Made by a program: the position numbers and the translations under genes. The notes beneath the pieces were generated by a model. That model saw only the letters and a program-made list of their open reading frames with translations. It was not told where the DNA came from and ran no database searches. This document shows positions 62,147 to 64,000 of a stretch of DNA of 64,000 nt, one piece after another. The number at the start of each line of letters is the position of its first letter. The first letter of the stretch is position 1. Source of the DNA: Azolla caroliniana (Eukaryota > Plantae > Polypodiophyta); NCBI GenBank assembly GCA_043228905.1, contig JBHGNT010000008.1:15934001-15998000 (forward strand). The letters run 5' to 3'.

Positions 62147-64000
62147 ATGGAAAATCAACCGGAGGCTAGCAACATGATGATGATGTTCGAGCGCATGCTA
62201 CAAGAACAACGCGCGATGTCGGAGATAGCGGCATCAGTGGAGCGGCTCGTGCAACGAAACGGACAATTCAACGGGAAAGACGTGTCGCGGTATCTTCGGG
62301 ATTACAAGGCGGAGATGCTACAGTGCGGAATATCGGAAGGACTGCAAGTGACATCCTTCAACCGGGTGGCGACCGACGGGCTTCAAGCAAGCATCCATGG
62401 GCTACGACAGCAAAATCCGACATGGGAGGCGTTTGAAGTAGAGCTAAAGAGGACGTTCGCCATCGAGGATTCCTCCAAGGCGACGCGAAGGGGATTCGAA
62501 GATTGGGTGGAGACGCCGGACAAGGGATTGAAGGTCGTTGATGTGTTTTCGGCATTCGAAAGCCGGTTCGGGAGGTTGTCCGCGAGAGATCAAGCTATCC
62601 TCGTACCGGACAAGGTGATCATGTTCTTGCGAGCCGTGGACGTCCGGGACCGGAAAGATCTCGGAGTGCTCTTGGAGGACACGACCACGGAGAGCGGCCT
62701 CACCGAAACATGGGAAAGCGTGCGGGATATCGTCGCGCGATACACGAAGAGGGGGCAATGGCTTGCCGACGAGGAAAAGAGGGTTTCGGAACCGATTCCG
62801 AAACCGAGAACCGGATTGGAAGACCATCAACTGAGGGCTCGAGAGACTACAACCGAGAAGGGGATTGATGCATCTACGGTGGAGCAACTATTGAAGGAGA
62901 TGGAGAATATGAAGATTGCGATGGTGAAGAAGTCGGATGACCGCCCCACAAGCTCCAAGTATACGGACCGACGGTGCATATGGTGCGATAGCGCCGAACA
63001 CGATCGGAGGGATTGCGACGAGCATAAGGAGGCGCTACGGCGGGATCTCATCTACTACGAGGGAAACCGGATTCATTCGATGGACTCTTGGAAGCCACTC
63101 CGACCGAACTTCCGGAAAGGCGGCATGAAGAAGGTGCTCGAGGAGGAATTGGTGGCGATAAGCAACTATGCGACAACCGCGGGAATATGTGGCGGGGAGT
63201 CATCGAGAGCAAAGACGTTTTTTTGGCCGGAAGTTCTAGAAAACACCGAGAAAACCGACTCCAACGAGATCCGAAGCACCGCGGAAGATGTCCGGGAAGC
63301 TACGGGATGGGAGTGCCCTGTCGACAAGAATAGCGTATACGCCCTGTGTCAATTGCATAAGGTGTATGTGGACGAGAGACGACGACGCACGGAGGATGCG
63401 GCCGGGCCATCAAAGATACCGGAAAGCTGGAACTCCGGAGGTAAGGGAAAAGAAAAGGCGACTCCGGCATTCAAGCTCGCCTCGGACATAGAACAACAAA
63501 CCGACTTGAAAAGAGTGTTCGAGGAAAGAATCTTGGATAGCCGGGTAGATTTCTCGCTTCGAGAGCTACTCGGAATAGCAAAGAAGGAGTTCCACGATCT
63601 TCTCGTGGATCTCGTGAAGCGAAAAAGACAAAGTACGGAGGAAAATGCTCCAAGGGTGAATGCGAACACCGTTTTAATGAACGACACCGAAGCGGAGGAC
63701 GAAATTCCGAACTCCCACTATACAAGGCCACATTGGGCACACGCGACTACGGAGACTCCGGTCCGAATCGGCAACATCAAAGAACCCGTGCTAGCATTGA
63801 TTGATCACGGATCGGAGATCAACTTGATGTCCAAGGAGTTCTACCGGAAGGGGAAGTGGCCTATTAACACCAACCATGGATGGAAGATTCGGGCGGCCAC
63901 CAAAGCAACGGAAGATCTATTTGCGGCTTGTCCGGATGTGACGGTGAAGATCGGGGATGTCGAGATTGACCAAAATTTCTTCGTGCAAGATGAGGTTTCA
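62147..64000 (+). CDS. Gypsy gag-aspartic protease ORF (3'-incomplete)
   Basis: Appears open from MENQPEAS to the window end. GQFNGKDVSRYL, knuckle CIWCDSAEHDRRDC, protease ALIDHGSEINLM. Homologous to 31389-31936 plus 41040-42605. Confidence 0.88.
   Translation, partial: MENQPEASNMMMMFERMLQEQRAMSEIAASVERLVQRNGQFNGKDVSRYLRDYKAEMLQCGISEGLQVTSFNRVATDGLQASIHGLRQQNPTWEAFEVELKRTFAIEDSSKATRRGFEDWVETPDKGLKVVDVFSAFESRFGRLSARDQAILVPDKVIMFLRAVDVRDRKDLGVLLEDTTTESGLTETWESVRDIVARYTKRGQWLADEEKRVSEPIPKPRTGLEDHQLRARETTTEKGIDASTVEQLLKEMENMKIAMVKKSDDRPTSSKYTDRRCIWCDSAEHDRRDCDEHKEALRRDLIYYEGNRIHSMDSWKPLRPNFRKGGMKKVLEEELVAISNYATTAGICGGESSRAKTFFWPEVLENTEKTDSNEIRSTAEDVREATGWECPVDKNSVYALCQLHKVYVDERRRRTEDAAGPSKIPESWNSGGKGKEKATPAFKLASDIEQQTDLKRVFEERILDSRVDFSLRELLGIAKKEFHDLLVDLVKRKRQSTEENAPRVNANTVLMNDTEAEDEIPNSHYTRPHWAHATTETPVRIGNIKEPVLALIDHGSEINLMSKEFYRKGKWPINTNHGWKIRAATKATEDLFAACPDVTVKIGDVEIDQNFFVQDEVS

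Larger units (their letters stand above)
55878..64000 (+). mobile_element. tRNA-Trp-primed gypsy element: 5' LTR 55878-62108 (split by the copia insertion), PBS, gag-protease, running off the window
   Basis: TGTCGTAG...GCACGACA, PBS TGGTGAACCCGACGTGAA at 62113-62130. The LTR halves rejoin across TSD TGTGA. Confidence 0.92.

Overview
Eukaryotic, land-plant-like genomic DNA. A non-seed plant such as a fern is my inference from the retroelement types and (AG)n-rich LTRs. Most of the window is nested, largely decayed LTR retrotransposons. These include several Ty1/copia elements, a Met-primed chromovirus-like Ty3/gypsy, two Arg-primed non-chromovirus gypsy elements (one complete, with TSD and a long extra 3' ORF) and two Trp-primed gypsy elements with a separate gag-protease ORF. 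There are also LINE 3' fragments, tRNA-like pieces and tandem repeats. One copia element (56148-61663) is fully intact: single ORF, PBS, PPT, TSD, and LTRs that differ only by one AG unit. The only clear intact host-type gene is an intronless, GC-rich FTR1-family high-affinity iron permease (9345-10334, minus strand). It has both RExxE motifs and a fungal/algal-type C-terminal CCxP...GW segment, from a transporter family not known in flowering plants. Other highlights: a candidate -1 frameshift signal (G GAT TTT plus a possible pseudoknot) at a protease/RT junction, a tRNA-like Pol III A/B-box module inside an LTR family, copia elements with two PPT-like motifs around an extended pol C-terminus, a decayed coiled-coil/RING gene, and a possible decayed NB-ARC gene. 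All calls come from reading the sequence; no database searches were run.
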